Assembly: GCA_013239625.1 (NCBI GenBank)
Contig: MU054187.1
Span: 5,157,757-5,221,756 of the forward strand
Length of the DNA stretch: 64,000 nucleotides
Direction of reading: 5' to 3'
Source of the DNA: Lama guanicoe
Taxonomy: Eukaryota
Every line of letters starts with the position of its first letter. The first letter of the stretch is position 1. A program made the position numbers and the translations under genes. Below the pieces are notes generated by a model. The model was not told the origin of the DNA, searched no databases, and saw nothing but the letters and a program-made list of their open reading frames with translations. Positions 63,265 to 64,000 of the stretch are shown here, one piece after another.

Positions 63265-64000
63265 AAGAATGCTTTTTACCTCTCAGCTGTTTAGTTATTT
63301 TTGATCACCAATCTACACAAACCAACACAGAGCAATATGGAAAGATTGCTGCTCATTTTCTGCTTCTGGTAGCTAGGAGAGAAATTATAAACTGTTCAGA
63401 GAGAATTTTGTGTGCCATTAATCCAAAAGAAAAAAGGAAAGAAGAGAAAAGAGAAAAAAATGAAGAAGAAGTTTTCTTTCTCCAAAATGAAATGTTGCAA
63501 TTATGAGCCAACAGGAACACGAAGGGTCTTCACCTTTGGTTCATCGCTCTGCATTGAAACGCTCATCACTGTTTAGAAAGCTTGCCGCCCACACTGTAGG
63601 CTCTTGCTCCACTTTAATTTTCTCTAATTTGTGTAGTGAATAACCAAATACTCATAATGCAATTAGAAGATAATCAGGCTTGTAATTATGTTAATTGCTG
63701 AAGACTTACATCAATCCTCCAGCAAAGCGATGGGACTTCAGGGCAACTCTGAACATGGTGGGAGAGTGAGGGCGAGACACGACGGGAGGGGCAGAGGGAT
63801 GAGTTGCTCTGACTGACCTGCATCACTTAACCACCCGAGGAGACAGCAGAGACACACCTGGACAGGGCCTTCAGAGGAGACGCTTAGAAAACAGAGCTGT
63901 ACATTCCAGAATTCTAACCTCTATTGTTGGTTTTCCTCCCTTAAATAATCACATGGTCCACCTAAATTTATCAGAAGAAGTCTGATTTAAAGAAAACAGG

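Noticed and set aside
1..64000. CRISPR arrays, operons, NUMTs, rRNA/snRNA genes, intact ERV or L1 ORFs, or a novel multi-gene system
   Set aside because: None seen. The window is explained by the TOX 5' end, its regulatory flanks and decayed mammalian repeats.

Overview
Mammalian genomic DNA, most likely camelid (tRNA-Ala-derived Vic-1-type SINE at 63157-63264, cetartiodactyl-type L1 3' ends, no recognisable ruminant Bov-tA/BovB or pig PRE-1 SINEs). The window holds the 5' end of TOX (thymocyte selection-associated HMG box) on the minus strand. Coding exon 1 (15895-15996, MDVRFYPPPAQPAAAPDAPCLGPSPCLDPYYCNK) lies in a ~3 kb CpG island interrupted by a 607-N assembly gap (16189-16795), which probably hides the core promoter. 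Bases 1-15894 are the promoter-proximal part of intron 1 and are poor in transposons. Bases ~17.7-64 kb are upstream, gene-free DNA rich in L1, L2, MIR, MaLR/ERV LTR and hAT/Tigger fossils. I can support no other protein-coding gene, RNA gene or new multi-gene system. Best observations: (1) both upstream AUGs in the visible TOX leader are minimal AUG-UGA start-stop elements in the same 8-mer; (2) a MER21-like LTR fragment is flanked by a ~40-bp direct duplication; (3) a candidate divergent lncRNA first exon; (4) a cluster of solo LTRs with GAS-like and nuclear-receptor motifs. Repeat family names are from memory of consensus sequences, not from a search, and repeat boundaries are approximate unless target-site duplications (TSDs) are given.
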